From the NCBI GenBank assembly GCA_050014195.1, contig JBEKDT010000002.1, forward strand, positions 288,001-352,000: 64,000 nucleotides of DNA, in the 5' to 3' direction. Under the pieces are notes generated by a model. The model did not search any database and was not told the origin of the DNA. It saw nothing but the letters and a program-made list of their open reading frames with translations. The position numbers were made by a program, and so were the translations under genes. The stretch comes from Desulfomonilia bacterium. GTDB taxonomy: Bacteria; Desulfobacterota; Desulfomonilia; UBA1062. How positions within the stretch are numbered: the stretch's first letter is position 1; the number at the start of each line of letters is the position of its first letter. Below, in pieces: positions 20,143 through 29,346 of the stretch.

Positions 20143-20468
20143 GATACCTTAAGGCCGCATTCTTTTTTGTCCTTGCCGTTGCAGGCATCCTGTTCGGTAT
20201 TTCCAACCAGGATAATGCCACCGTGCATTTCTTCTGGTACTTTTCGAAATCCTACCCCCTCTATCTTGTCCTATTTGCCTGTTTCCTTGCCGGTACCGTG
20301 ATAGCGATCCTCTATGGTTTCATCTCGGGCGGCGACATGAAGGACAAGGAGCGCCGCTCGAACAAACACGTGGAGGATCTCAAGGGCAGACTCAAGAAGG
20401 CCCAGGCCGGGAAAACCCCCTTCACCCCACCGGGGAGTATTGATGGATCGCCCGGAAGCACACCTTAA
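20139..20468 (+). CDS. LapA (DUF1049)-family membrane protein
   Basis: Two TM segments, N..V.F.W, PL..VLF..F..G, charged tail; TTG start. Confidence 0.7.
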   Translation: MRYLKAAFFFVLAVAGILFGISNQDNATVHFFWYFSKSYPLYLVLFACFLAGTVIAILYGFISGGDMKDKERRSNKHVEDLKGRLKKAQAGKTPFTPPGSIDGSPGSTP

Positions 20469-21354
20469 TCAGCACCCAAGGCTGCCTGAATGGCTGAAAA
20501 AATACAGGGCACTTTCTTCACTGCACAGCCTGAAGACGAATCTTAGGCACTCCGGGCTCTCTACCGTATGCGAAGAGGCAAGGTGCCCCAATATCTCCGA
20601 ATGCTTTCACAGACCGACTGCAACATTCCTGATCCTGGGGAATGTGTGCACCCGCAACTGCACCTTCTGTTCGGTTGATAAAGGCAGCACTTCCCCACAA
20701 GACGAAGAAGAGCCTGCCCATGTCGCCTGCGCCGCTCAGGATATGGGATTGCAGCACGTGGTCATTACTTCGGTAACCAGGGATGATTTACCGGACAAAG
20801 GCGCTTCAGGTTTTTCTGCTACCATACACGCGATCAGAACCCTCATGCCCGAATGTACCATCGAGATACTCACACCCGATTTTTCCGGCAGGAAAGACCT
20901 GCTGGAGTCCGTTCTCAGCGAAAAACCCGACGTTTTCGGCCACAACGTGGAGACCGTGTCCAGAATTTATCCTGCAATCAGACCTGGTTCAAGTTTAGCA
21001 AGAAGCCTCCATGTGCTTAAGGATATTAAAAGCCTTTCTTCGGATACGATCGTCAAGTCGGGCTTCATGGTAGGGCTTGGTGAATCGGAACAGGAGATAG
21101 AAGATCTTTTAAAAATGCTATGTGATGCGGGGTGCGATGTGATGACCATCGGCCAGTATCTGAGACCTACCAAGGCTCAGGTACCTGTCGAGAGATATTG
21201 GGAGCCCGAATATTACGCGAACTGGTCCAATCTTGCGAAATCACTTGGTATAGGTTATTGTATTGCAGGACCGTTCGTGAGGAGTTCCTATCACGCCAAA
21301 GAGGTCCTTGAAGAGATACTAGACATTCGGCACAAACAGCAACACAACGATTGA
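20443..21354 (+). CDS. lipA: Lipoyl synthase
   Basis: CX4CX5C, CX3CX2C and RSSY motifs. Confidence 0.95.
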   Translation: MDRPEAHLNQHPRLPEWLKKYRALSSLHSLKTNLRHSGLSTVCEEARCPNISECFHRPTATFLILGNVCTRNCTFCSVDKGSTSPQDEEEPAHVACAAQDMGLQHVVITSVTRDDLPDKGASGFSATIHAIRTLMPECTIEILTPDFSGRKDLLESVLSEKPDVFGHNVETVSRIYPAIRPGSSLARSLHVLKDIKSLSSDTIVKSGFMVGLGESEQEIEDLLKMLCDAGCDVMTIGQYLRPTKAQVPVERYWEPEYYANWSNLAKSLGIGYCIAGPFVRSSYHAKEVLEEILDIRHKQQHND

Positions 21355-21364
21355 AGGAGCATGC

Positions 21365-22690
21365 ATGGATACTATTCAGATCGGGCTCATCGGATTAGGC
21401 ACTATCGGCACCGGGGTTGCCAAGACCCTGCTGGAAAACAAGGCCCTTCTAGAGGACCGGCTCGGTTTCTCTTTAACCCTGAAGGGGATCGCCGATATCG
21501 ACATAACAAAAGACCGTGGTATCAAAGTCCCGCCGGATATACTCACAACCGATGCGATGAAGCTCATCGACGATCCTGATATCGACATCATCATAGAACT
21601 CATAGGCGGGATTGAAACAGCGAAGAACTTCATCCTGAAGGCCCTGAAGAAAGGGAAACATGTGGTCACCGCCAACAAGGCCCTGCTTGCAACACACGGC
21701 AAGGAGCTGTTCGACGCCGCCCAAACCTATGGCAAAGACCTCTATTATGAGGCTGCAGTGGGCGGCGGCATACCCATCATCAAGACACTTCGTGAGGCAC
21801 TCATTGCAAACAACTACGCCTTTATCTATGGGATATTGAACGGCACATGCAATTATATCCTCACAGAGATGGGGGAGAAGGGTTCAACCTTCCAGGAGGC
21901 CCTGACCCAGGCAAAAGAGCTTGGCTATGCCGAGGCCGACCCTACGCTGGATATCGAGGGCATCGATGCCGCACACAAGCTTGCATTGGTAACGAGCCTC
22001 GCCTATGGGGTTCCGCCCGGCATGAAGGGTGTGTATGTGGAGGGTATCACCAATCTTGACAAACTCGATGTCACCTTTGCCCGGGAGCTGGGCTACAAGG
22101 TGAAGCTGCTGGCATTGACCATTGACAGGGGTAACATGGTGGAGGCCCGCGTCCACCCGACGCTGGTGCCGTTTAACTACCTCCTCTCCAAGGTCGATGG
22201 CGTGTTCAATGCCTTCTATGTACGGGGGGATATTGTGGACTCAACCCTCTTCTACGGCAGGGGCGCCGGTATGATGCCCACTGCCTCCGCCGTGGTGAGT
22301 GACCTTGCAGACATCGGCAGGAACATACGGGCCGGCATTGCAGGGCGAATCCCTCACCTGGGTTATCGCAAGGGCAGCTCGAATCCCAAGAAGTACATGC
22401 CCATCGACGATATCCATACGAATTATTACCTGAGGATCAATGCCTTGGACAAACCGGGGGTGCTTGCAAAAATCGCCGGTATTCTCGGAGAGCGAGACAT
22501 CAGCATCGTCTCAGTGATCCAAAAGGCAGGCGATGACAAGGATTTTGTACCGATTGTGTTGCTGACACACGAGGCAAAGGAATCAAACGTGAGAAAGGCC
22601 ATAGTTGCTATTTCCGCACTGGAAGAGGTGAGCGGGACGCCTGTGATGATACGGGTGGAGGACAGGAAGCTCAAGAACAAGCCTTCCTAA
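21365..22690 (+). CDS. hom: Homoserine dehydrogenase with ACT domain
   Basis: GLGTIG, VVTANK, EAAVGGGIP, GYAEADP, DKPGVLA. Confidence 0.96.
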   Translation: MDTIQIGLIGLGTIGTGVAKTLLENKALLEDRLGFSLTLKGIADIDITKDRGIKVPPDILTTDAMKLIDDPDIDIIIELIGGIETAKNFILKALKKGKHVVTANKALLATHGKELFDAAQTYGKDLYYEAAVGGGIPIIKTLREALIANNYAFIYGILNGTCNYILTEMGEKGSTFQEALTQAKELGYAEADPTLDIEGIDAAHKLALVTSLAYGVPPGMKGVYVEGITNLDKLDVTFARELGYKVKLLALTIDRGNMVEARVHPTLVPFNYLLSKVDGVFNAFYVRGDIVDSTLFYGRGAGMMPTASAVVSDLADIGRNIRAGIAGRIPHLGYRKGSSNPKKYMPIDDIHTNYYLRINALDKPGVLAKIAGILGERDISIVSVIQKAGDDKDFVPIVLLTHEAKESNVRKAIVAISALEEVSGTPVMIRVEDRKLKNKPS

Positions 22691-22763
22691 GGGTTGCTTC
22701 CTGTACTTCTTAGCGGTTTATAGCATTATTTCTCCGGGCAAATAAGGAGGAAATTCTGGAGAT

Positions 22764-23966
22764 ATGAAAAACATTATCCTACTCGGCGACGGTATGGCTG
22801 ACGAACCCCTGGAGGAGCTTGGCAACAAAACACCGCTGGAGACGGCAGATACACCTTACATGGACTCCCTGGCCTCCAAGGGAGAGTTGGGTATGGTGAG
22901 GACCGTGAAGAAAGGGTTCCCTCCGGGCAGTGATGTTGCTAACATGTCGGTCCTTGGGCTGGACCCTTCTCTCTACTACACCGGCCGGGCACCTATCGAG
23001 GCAGTGAGCATGGGTGTTGATCTTACCCCTGAAGATACCGCCTTCAGGATCAATCTGGTAACCATCACCCCGAAAGGTGGCCGCCCGGCCATGGAAGATT
23101 ACTGTTCCGGCCATATATCCACCGAAGAGGCAAAAGAGCTCATCACGGACCTCAGACGGATCGTGAGCAGCAATCCTGCCATAGCCATGTATCCGGGCAT
23201 CGAATACCGGCATCTCATGGTCATTCACAACTATCAAAAGCCTGATCTCAAGACTACGCCGCCCCACGACATCACCGGTGAATTTATTGCACAATATCTG
23301 CCCAATGATCCTTTGCTGGTCGATATTATTGAAAAATCCATGGCATTTCTGGAAAACCACCCCATCAATGTCCAGAGAAAGATAAAGGGGAAACGACAGG
23401 CCACATCGCTGTGGCCATGGGGAGAGGGTAAGGCCATGCAGGTCCCTACCCTTCAGAAAGAATATGGCATCTCGGGGGCTATGATATCTGCAGTTGATCT
23501 ACTGAAAGGGCTTGGGAGGCTTCGGGGCATGGAGGTTATTCAGGTGCCCGGCGCCACAGGCTGGATCGATACCAACTATTCCGGTAAGGCGGATGCCGCC
23601 CTCGATGCGCTTAATCGTCATGACCTTGTCTATGTTCATGTAGAGGCCCCTGATGAGGCAGGGCACGGCGGAAACGTTAAAGAGAAGATTAAGGCCATCG
23701 AGGATTTCGATACCAAGATCGTGGGGCATATCTTAAACAGCATGAACACACGTGGCACCACCTTCAGGCTTCTTGTTCTGCCCGACCACCCTACCCCCAT
23801 CTGCAAGAAAACCCACACCCCCGACCCTGTGCCCTATGTGCTCTATGACAGCACCCGACCGATGAGCATTGGAAGGCATTTCACCGAGAACGATGCCCGC
23901 AGTACGGGCCTCTTCATAGACGATGGCCATACCTTGCTGGTGAGACTTTTAAAAACAACTTCATAA
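22764..23966 (+). CDS. apgM: Cofactor-independent phosphoglycerate mutase family (ApgM-type)
   Basis: DGMAD, PGSDVAN, TPPHDI, HVEAPDEAGH, DHPTP. Confidence 0.85.
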   Translation: MKNIILLGDGMADEPLEELGNKTPLETADTPYMDSLASKGELGMVRTVKKGFPPGSDVANMSVLGLDPSLYYTGRAPIEAVSMGVDLTPEDTAFRINLVTITPKGGRPAMEDYCSGHISTEEAKELITDLRRIVSSNPAIAMYPGIEYRHLMVIHNYQKPDLKTTPPHDITGEFIAQYLPNDPLLVDIIEKSMAFLENHPINVQRKIKGKRQATSLWPWGEGKAMQVPTLQKEYGISGAMISAVDLLKGLGRLRGMEVIQVPGATGWIDTNYSGKADAALDALNRHDLVYVHVEAPDEAGHGGNVKEKIKAIEDFDTKIVGHILNSMNTRGTTFRLLVLPDHPTPICKKTHTPDPVPYVLYDSTRPMSIGRHFTENDARSTGLFIDDGHTLLVRLLKTTS

Positions 23967-24039
23967 ACATATTTTTATTTTAGAACTCTTTAGATGGGTA
24001 TGTTCTGATCACTCTTGACGTATCAGCGATCACTCATCA

Positions 24040-24939
24040 TTAATTCTTCTTGAAGGCTGTCATGAAGTTGCTCTGCCGGTCGATATCGATATCGAGTTGG
24101 GACATAAGCGATATAATATCTTCAGTGGCAAAATGATGTCTTCGCTCTTGTATTATGGGCAGGATATCACGGTCGATAGTAATGAAGTGTCTGTCCTTCA
24201 GAGGAGTTATGCCTTTGGCCGTACACAGCGCATCCGCCAAATGCACACAAATTGAAAAGATCGGATCTCCATTTGACAATACCGGGGAATGATGATGCTC
24301 AACCGTGTTTACGACATCAGGGGGAAACATCCATGAACTGAGAAGAATCCGTCCGACTTCTGCGTGAGTTATACCGAAGATCCTCTCCTCAAGTGCATGA
24401 TAACTGTAAGGATTGCCATCCTCCTCAATTGCGGTAAGAAGCCTGTGAAAGGTATCTGTCATATATTGGGAGATGAATATCTTTCCCACATCATGGAGAA
24501 GTCCCCCTACAAAATATTTACCATCTATCTTCATATTGAGGTATTGTGCGATCATTCTGGTCCCGACACCCACAGAAAAACTGTGTCTCCACAATTGTTC
24601 CGAGAACTCAGTCCCTTTCCGGTCAAACATTTGGAGCACGGACATGCTCAGTGTGATATTTTGAATCTCCTGGAAGCCGAGCACAACCACGGCATGTGAT
24701 ATGTTGGATATCTTCTTCACAAACCCGTAATATGCCGAGTTCGCCACTGTCAGGATCCTGGTGGTAAGAGCCGGATCACTCTCGATAATACTGGTGAGGT
24801 CGGACGCGGATGAACTCTTCCTGGAGATCACATCCATGATCTCATTAATGATGCTGGGCAGGGTGAGGATCTCAGGAGCCCTGTCCAGGATTTCCATGAT
24901 ACGCTCCCGCTCAGTGGCGGGATTAATACTTCCATCCAC
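24040..24939 (-). CDS. HDOD domain protein
   Basis: LPSI, DPALT..ANS.YY, LWRHS, GLLHDVGK, HAEVG...W, HH; GTG start. Confidence 0.9.
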   Translation of the reverse strand: MDGSINPATERERIMEILDRAPEILTLPSIINEIMDVISRKSSSASDLTSIIESDPALTTRILTVANSAYYGFVKKISNISHAVVVLGFQEIQNITLSMSVLQMFDRKGTEFSEQLWRHSFSVGVGTRMIAQYLNMKIDGKYFVGGLLHDVGKIFISQYMTDTFHRLLTAIEEDGNPYSYHALEERIFGITHAEVGRILLSSWMFPPDVVNTVEHHHSPVLSNGDPIFSICVHLADALCTAKGITPLKDRHFITIDRDILPIIQERRHHFATEDIISLMSQLDIDIDRQSNFMTAFKKN

Positions 24940-24946
24940 ATAAAAT

Positions 24947-24975
24947 CAGTCGGTAGAATGATAGCCTAACTTGAG
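24947..24975 (-). promoter_or_regulatory. Sigma-28-like promoter
   Basis: CTCAAG-N15-ACCGACTG then 7 nt to GTG 24939. Confidence 0.45.
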
Positions 24976-25105
24976 TAGGATAAGCGCCTCATTACACAAT
25001 TCATAGAGGCTTAAGTCCTAGATATTAAATACCTCAAACGATTAAACATACGGATATTATGTTCAAAAGATACATGTATACTATTTTGTTATTCATCAAT
25101 TATCC

Positions 25106-25134
25106 CTCAAGAGCGTTTTGGCATATCCCGATAA
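25106..25134 (+). promoter_or_regulatory. Sigma-28-like promoter
   Basis: CTCAAG-N15-CCCGATAA then 8 nt to ATG 25143. Confidence 0.6.
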
Positions 25135-25142
25135 GTCCGTTG

Positions 25143-26216
25143 ATGGAACTTAATGCGTTTCTCTGGGTTATTATGCTCCTTGCAGTGGGCATCGGGGCTT
25201 ATATTGCGCTCACAAGCATCAAGGCTGAAAAGAAAAAACCCACCTTGAAAAAAACACCCGCCCACTATGTCACAGTCACATCTGATGAGGCTATCCAAAC
25301 TCTCCAAGATGCATATAACCTGGAATGGAAACCCCTCCGCGATAAAGTAATTGAGATACCTCAGCAAATTGAAGCTATTATCAGCAAGATTGAAAATATA
25401 TCACCCCTCATCACACAGCTCTCATCCAAACTAAATGACCCTGACATCAACCCAAAGGAAGTCAGCAAGATCATCATACAAGATCAGGGGCTCACATCCT
25501 TCATCCTCAAGAGGGTGAATTCTCCCTATTATGGGCTTCTCCAAAAGGTGGACAATATCTTCAACGCAATCGTGATCCTTGGATACAACGAGATTTACCG
25601 CATTGTCATGGAAGAAAGAACGCACAAGATCGGTATAAAACCTGACAAGTCTGAATGGGTCCATGCAAACCTAACCTCGACGGTTGCTGCTTATCTTGCC
25701 AGTACCAGCCGCCTTGGTGTGCCGGGTGGAACCATAGTTACTTTGGGCATGCTTCACGACATTGCACGAACCGTTATGATACAGTCCCTCCCGCAGCTGG
25801 ATGGAGGTTTCTTTGTAGATCCACGACAAAGGCTTCAACAGGAGATAGAGCATTTTGGGATTGATCACGCCACCCTCGGTGGGGTTCTGGCCAAGCACTG
25901 GGGCATGCCTCCTCGGCTCGTCTCATGCATTGAGAAACATCACTGGCCTATGTTCTGGCCCTTGAGAGATGTCGGCCAGTCCTGTAACGATATAATTAAA
26001 GAGCTCTCAGTTTTAGCCATATCCGACATTGCAGCAAAAAATTTCACACAGGAAATCACGGGACCTTATATCGGCGACGATTATTATCGTTACATCAATA
26101 AATCACCGAGGATGGAAAGCATCCTCAACCCGGAGATCACCAAAGAACTGAAGAAAATCCGCAGAGTCATGCTTGATACGGGCCAAGAAAGCCGGGAAAT
26201 CTTCGAAGAAGAATAA
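25143..26216 (+). CDS. Membrane-anchored HDOD domain protein
   Basis: N-terminal TM; DQGLT..VNSPYY, GMLHDI, DHA..G..LA..W, HH; start revised to MELNAF. Confidence 0.85.
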   Translation: MELNAFLWVIMLLAVGIGAYIALTSIKAEKKKPTLKKTPAHYVTVTSDEAIQTLQDAYNLEWKPLRDKVIEIPQQIEAIISKIENISPLITQLSSKLNDPDINPKEVSKIIIQDQGLTSFILKRVNSPYYGLLQKVDNIFNAIVILGYNEIYRIVMEERTHKIGIKPDKSEWVHANLTSTVAAYLASTSRLGVPGGTIVTLGMLHDIARTVMIQSLPQLDGGFFVDPRQRLQQEIEHFGIDHATLGGVLAKHWGMPPRLVSCIEKHHWPMFWPLRDVGQSCNDIIKELSVLAISDIAAKNFTQEITGPYIGDDYYRYINKSPRMESILNPEITKELKKIRRVMLDTGQESREIFEEE

Positions 26217-26237
26217 GTGAAGTCTTCTATAAAAATA

Positions 26238-26262
26238 CAAGGCTGGTTGCTAACCAGCCTTG
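26238..26262. terminator. Probable bidirectional terminator
   Basis: CAAGGCTGGTT-gct-AACCAGCCTTG between convergent genes. Confidence 0.7.
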
Positions 26263-26309
26263 ATACTGTTTCTTTTGGGAATTTACCCGGAGCTTAAGCT
26301 ACATGTGCA

Positions 26310-26576
26310 TCAACTGACTACTTGTGAAATGCGCTGGAAGTTAAGGTTATATAATCCGGAAGAAGCGCTCTCCATATCCCTGGTCACATTAGAGAGCAGC
26401 TTTTTCGCCTCTTCAACGTTTTCCACTCGGGAACGTGATGCCTGTTTGTTCTCCACTGAGACGATATCCGCAACCTGATCCTGAGAACGGGTATCGTTGG
26501 CCTTCTTTTGGTATTGAGAGTCTTTTCCCTTGGTTACGATGTTGATTACATTCCCCAATTCAGGATTGACCTTCAT
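26310..26576 (-). CDS. Small protein resembling the flagellin C-terminal region
   Basis: VENKQASRSRVENVEEA...NLNFQRISQVV; AGGGG SD; sigma-28 promoter upstream. Confidence 0.7.
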   Translation of the reverse strand: MKVNPELGNVINIVTKGKDSQYQKKANDTRSQDQVADIVSVENKQASRSRVENVEEAKKLLSNVTRDMESASSGLYNLNFQRISQVVS

Positions 26577-26608
26577 GATAGTCCCCTTTCAAGAGTTCTA
26601 CCTTTAAC

Positions 26609-26635
26609 TTATCGGAAGGCATTCACAATACTTTA
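26609..26635 (-). promoter_or_regulatory. Sigma-28 (FliA) promoter
   Basis: TAAA-N15-TCCGATAA versus consensus TAAA-N15-GCCGATAA. Confidence 0.75.
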
Positions 26636-27463
26636 ATCTTTCTTGAGATGGATGAGCATCTTATAGATCTCATTCCTGCTGATTCCGGTCTCCTGGGCAA
26701 GCACCTGAAGGACATCTCTCCCGGAATGACCTGTATTTATCAATGTGCGCATACGTTCTTCAAGGGAATCCTGTTCAATTGTGGTGTGATTCAATGTGCC
26801 CTTGACCAGTACTGTCAATTCACCCTTCATTTCACGGCCTGCAAGCCGGGGAATGATATCACCGGCAGCACCTATGATATATTCTTCATGAACCTTGGTG
26901 AGTTCTCTTGCCACACAGATTTCTCTGTCAGGCATGTACTTCATGATCCACTTCAATGTGGCCAAGAGTCTCCTGGGTGACTCATAGAAGATGGTGACAT
27001 CGGTTGTTGCGCACATTCTTGCAAGTTCTTTTTTCTTTTCATCTTTTTGTCTGGGGAAGAAACCCATGAAACGAAAAGGCGGCTCAAACCCTGTTGCTGA
27101 TAAAGCAGTGATAAGGGCACATGGTCCCGGCAAGGCCTCGACCCTGATGCCTCTTAAGCGGGCCTCAGCAACAAGCCTTGAACCCGGATCGGAAACGGCA
27201 GGGGTGCCAGCATCACTTAACAATGCAATATTCTTCCCCGATTCGACTTGATCAAGGATATACCCAGTCTTCCTCGCCTCACTGAACCGTTCGCAGGAAA
27301 TGAGGGGCTTGCTGATGCCGTAATGGGTCAGGAGCTTCTTCGTATGCCTCGTATCCTCACAGACAATTAAGTCCACTGCCTTTATGATATCGAGTGCTCT
27401 GAGGGTGATGTCCTTGAGATTGCCGATAGGTGTGGGGACCAGATAAAGAGTCGATTTTTCCAT
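26633..27463 (-). CDS. rsmI: 16S rRNA (cytidine1402-2'-O)-methyltransferase
   Basis: LYLVPTPIGNLKDIT, CEDTR, SDAGTP, YESPRR, RELTKVHEE; start at MEKST. Confidence 0.95.
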   Translation of the reverse strand: MEKSTLYLVPTPIGNLKDITLRALDIIKAVDLIVCEDTRHTKKLLTHYGISKPLISCERFSEARKTGYILDQVESGKNIALLSDAGTPAVSDPGSRLVAEARLRGIRVEALPGPCALITALSATGFEPPFRFMGFFPRQKDEKKKELARMCATTDVTIFYESPRRLLATLKWIMKYMPDREICVARELTKVHEEYIIGAAGDIIPRLAGREMKGELTVLVKGTLNHTTIEQDSLEERMRTLINTGHSGRDVLQVLAQETGISRNEIYKMLIHLKKD

Positions 27464-27549
27464 GGAATTATAATACTTTCTCCCTTTTATCGAAGCCTGA
27501 CTTATGGTATATATGTTTTTTACCGTAAAGGGAAGAAAGAGGCCAGTCC

Positions 27550-29262
27550 ATGGAGTCACTCAAGCTCGGTGGGAAGCCGATCGACAAGATGATTGAGAGC
27601 ACTCCCGAATATATGAAGAAGCTCTTCATTATGCCCGAATCATCGGACAGGTTCGTGGAGTTCGGTATCCATCTTCTTGACCTTATTCATGATTTCTTCA
27701 GGGAAAAGGGCGGCATTCATTCTTCCGTATCCATGGAAGATCTCACGAAGATCTTCAACAACATCGAGATGCCTACACAGCCTCATCTCATCAAGGATGT
27801 ACTGGACGAAATCAAGAACAACATAATAAAGCACTCGGTTAAAGTGGCCAACCCTTACTACATAGGCCACATGACAAGCGCCATCCCTTATTTTATGATC
27901 CTGCTGGAAATGATTGCCGTGAGCCTGAATCAGAACCAGGTGAAGATAGAAAGTGCCAAGGCATCATCTTTCGTGGAAAGGGAGTTCCTCTGTTGGATTC
28001 ACCAACTCGTTTATAACAACACCACTGACTTCTATAACAAAAATATTCAGAATCCCAAGATAGCACTCGGGAATATCACTTCCGATGGTACGGTGGCCAA
28101 CCTCACCGCGCTGACCCTTGCCATGGCAAAGGCATTTCCGCCTGATAAAAAGGGGTTCAGAGGAGTCCGGGTTGAGGGGCTGGCCAGGGCACTGGATCAC
28201 TATGGCTACCGTCAGGCCCTCTTCTTTGTATCCAAGAGAGGCCACTATTCAATTTGCAAGGCAGGTACCATCGTCGGTATAGGCGAGCATGGGGTGATCC
28301 GCGTTCCTGTCCAACCCTGCATCAATAAGATTGATATCAACAAGCTTCAGTGCATTGTTGAGAAGATCAGGAAAGAAGACAAGGCTGTCGGGAAACCCAC
28401 AAAATTCGTGGCCATAATCGGGATCGCCGGTGCAACCGAGACAGGCAATATTGATGACCTTGAGGCACTGGCTGAAATCGCCAAACAGCTTGGGGCCCAT
28501 TTCCATGTGGATGCCGCATGGGGCGGTGGAGCACTGCTCATGGATGGTGCACGGGATATGATGATGGGTATCGAAAAGGCCGACTCGGTAACCATGGATG
28601 CCCACAAACTCCTTTATGCCCCGAACAGCTTGGGAATATGTGTGTTCAAGGATGTGGAGGATTCCAGGTATCTCTACCACACATCAAACTATATCATCCG
28701 GGAGGGCTCAGTAGACCAGGGAAGATTCACCATCGAAGGATCCAGGTCATTCTCATGTCTGAAGCCGTGGGCATCGATCAAGATCTTCGGGAGAGACGGA
28801 TACAAGCTCATCTTTGACCATGCCCGCGATCTCCAGAACACGTTTGTGGAATTCATCGAGCGCGACCAGCTCTTCGAGCTCATGAATAAACCCGAGCTTT
28901 TCATCATCAACTACCGGTTCGTTCCTGAAGAATTGAGATCCATGCTGAATGAGTTGATGAGAAATCCTAGAAAGAATTCCGATCATATCACCACGATCAA
29001 CAAGATCATCAATAATCTCAATATCGAACTCCATAAGACCATACGTGACCATGACATGTCTTTCGTATCACGCACTAGGCTCGAATCCACCAAATATGCC
29101 CCGAGACAGATCGTGGTGCTTAGGGCCATAACCATCAACCCGAACACCGAACGATATATGCTCAAACAAATACTTAATGAGCACAGGAGCATGGGCATCA
29201 GGCTATGGCGGGACATGAAGAGGGCTTGCTTGTACTCGAAAGAGCTTCTCAAGACCGCATAA
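27550..29262 (+). CDS. panP: PLP-dependent group II decarboxylase, PanP-type aspartate 1-decarboxylase
   Basis: YIGHMTSA, LNQNQVKIE, ANLTAL, HVDAAWGG, DAHK PLP lysine. Confidence 0.75.
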   Translation: MESLKLGGKPIDKMIESTPEYMKKLFIMPESSDRFVEFGIHLLDLIHDFFREKGGIHSSVSMEDLTKIFNNIEMPTQPHLIKDVLDEIKNNIIKHSVKVANPYYIGHMTSAIPYFMILLEMIAVSLNQNQVKIESAKASSFVEREFLCWIHQLVYNNTTDFYNKNIQNPKIALGNITSDGTVANLTALTLAMAKAFPPDKKGFRGVRVEGLARALDHYGYRQALFFVSKRGHYSICKAGTIVGIGEHGVIRVPVQPCINKIDINKLQCIVEKIRKEDKAVGKPTKFVAIIGIAGATETGNIDDLEALAEIAKQLGAHFHVDAAWGGGALLMDGARDMMMGIEKADSVTMDAHKLLYAPNSLGICVFKDVEDSRYLYHTSNYIIREGSVDQGRFTIEGSRSFSCLKPWASIKIFGRDGYKLIFDHARDLQNTFVEFIERDQLFELMNKPELFIINYRFVPEELRSMLNELMRNPRKNSDHITTINKIINNLNIELHKTIRDHDMSFVSRTRLESTKYAPRQIVVLRAITINPNTERYMLKQILNEHRSMGIRLWRDMKRACLYSKELLKTA

Positions 29263-29346
29263 TACCTTCTTTCAGACTTCTCATTCCCACATATTTTGAT
29301 GTGCGCTGATTGACAACCAGACCGGGCACTTATATCTATAATAGTC

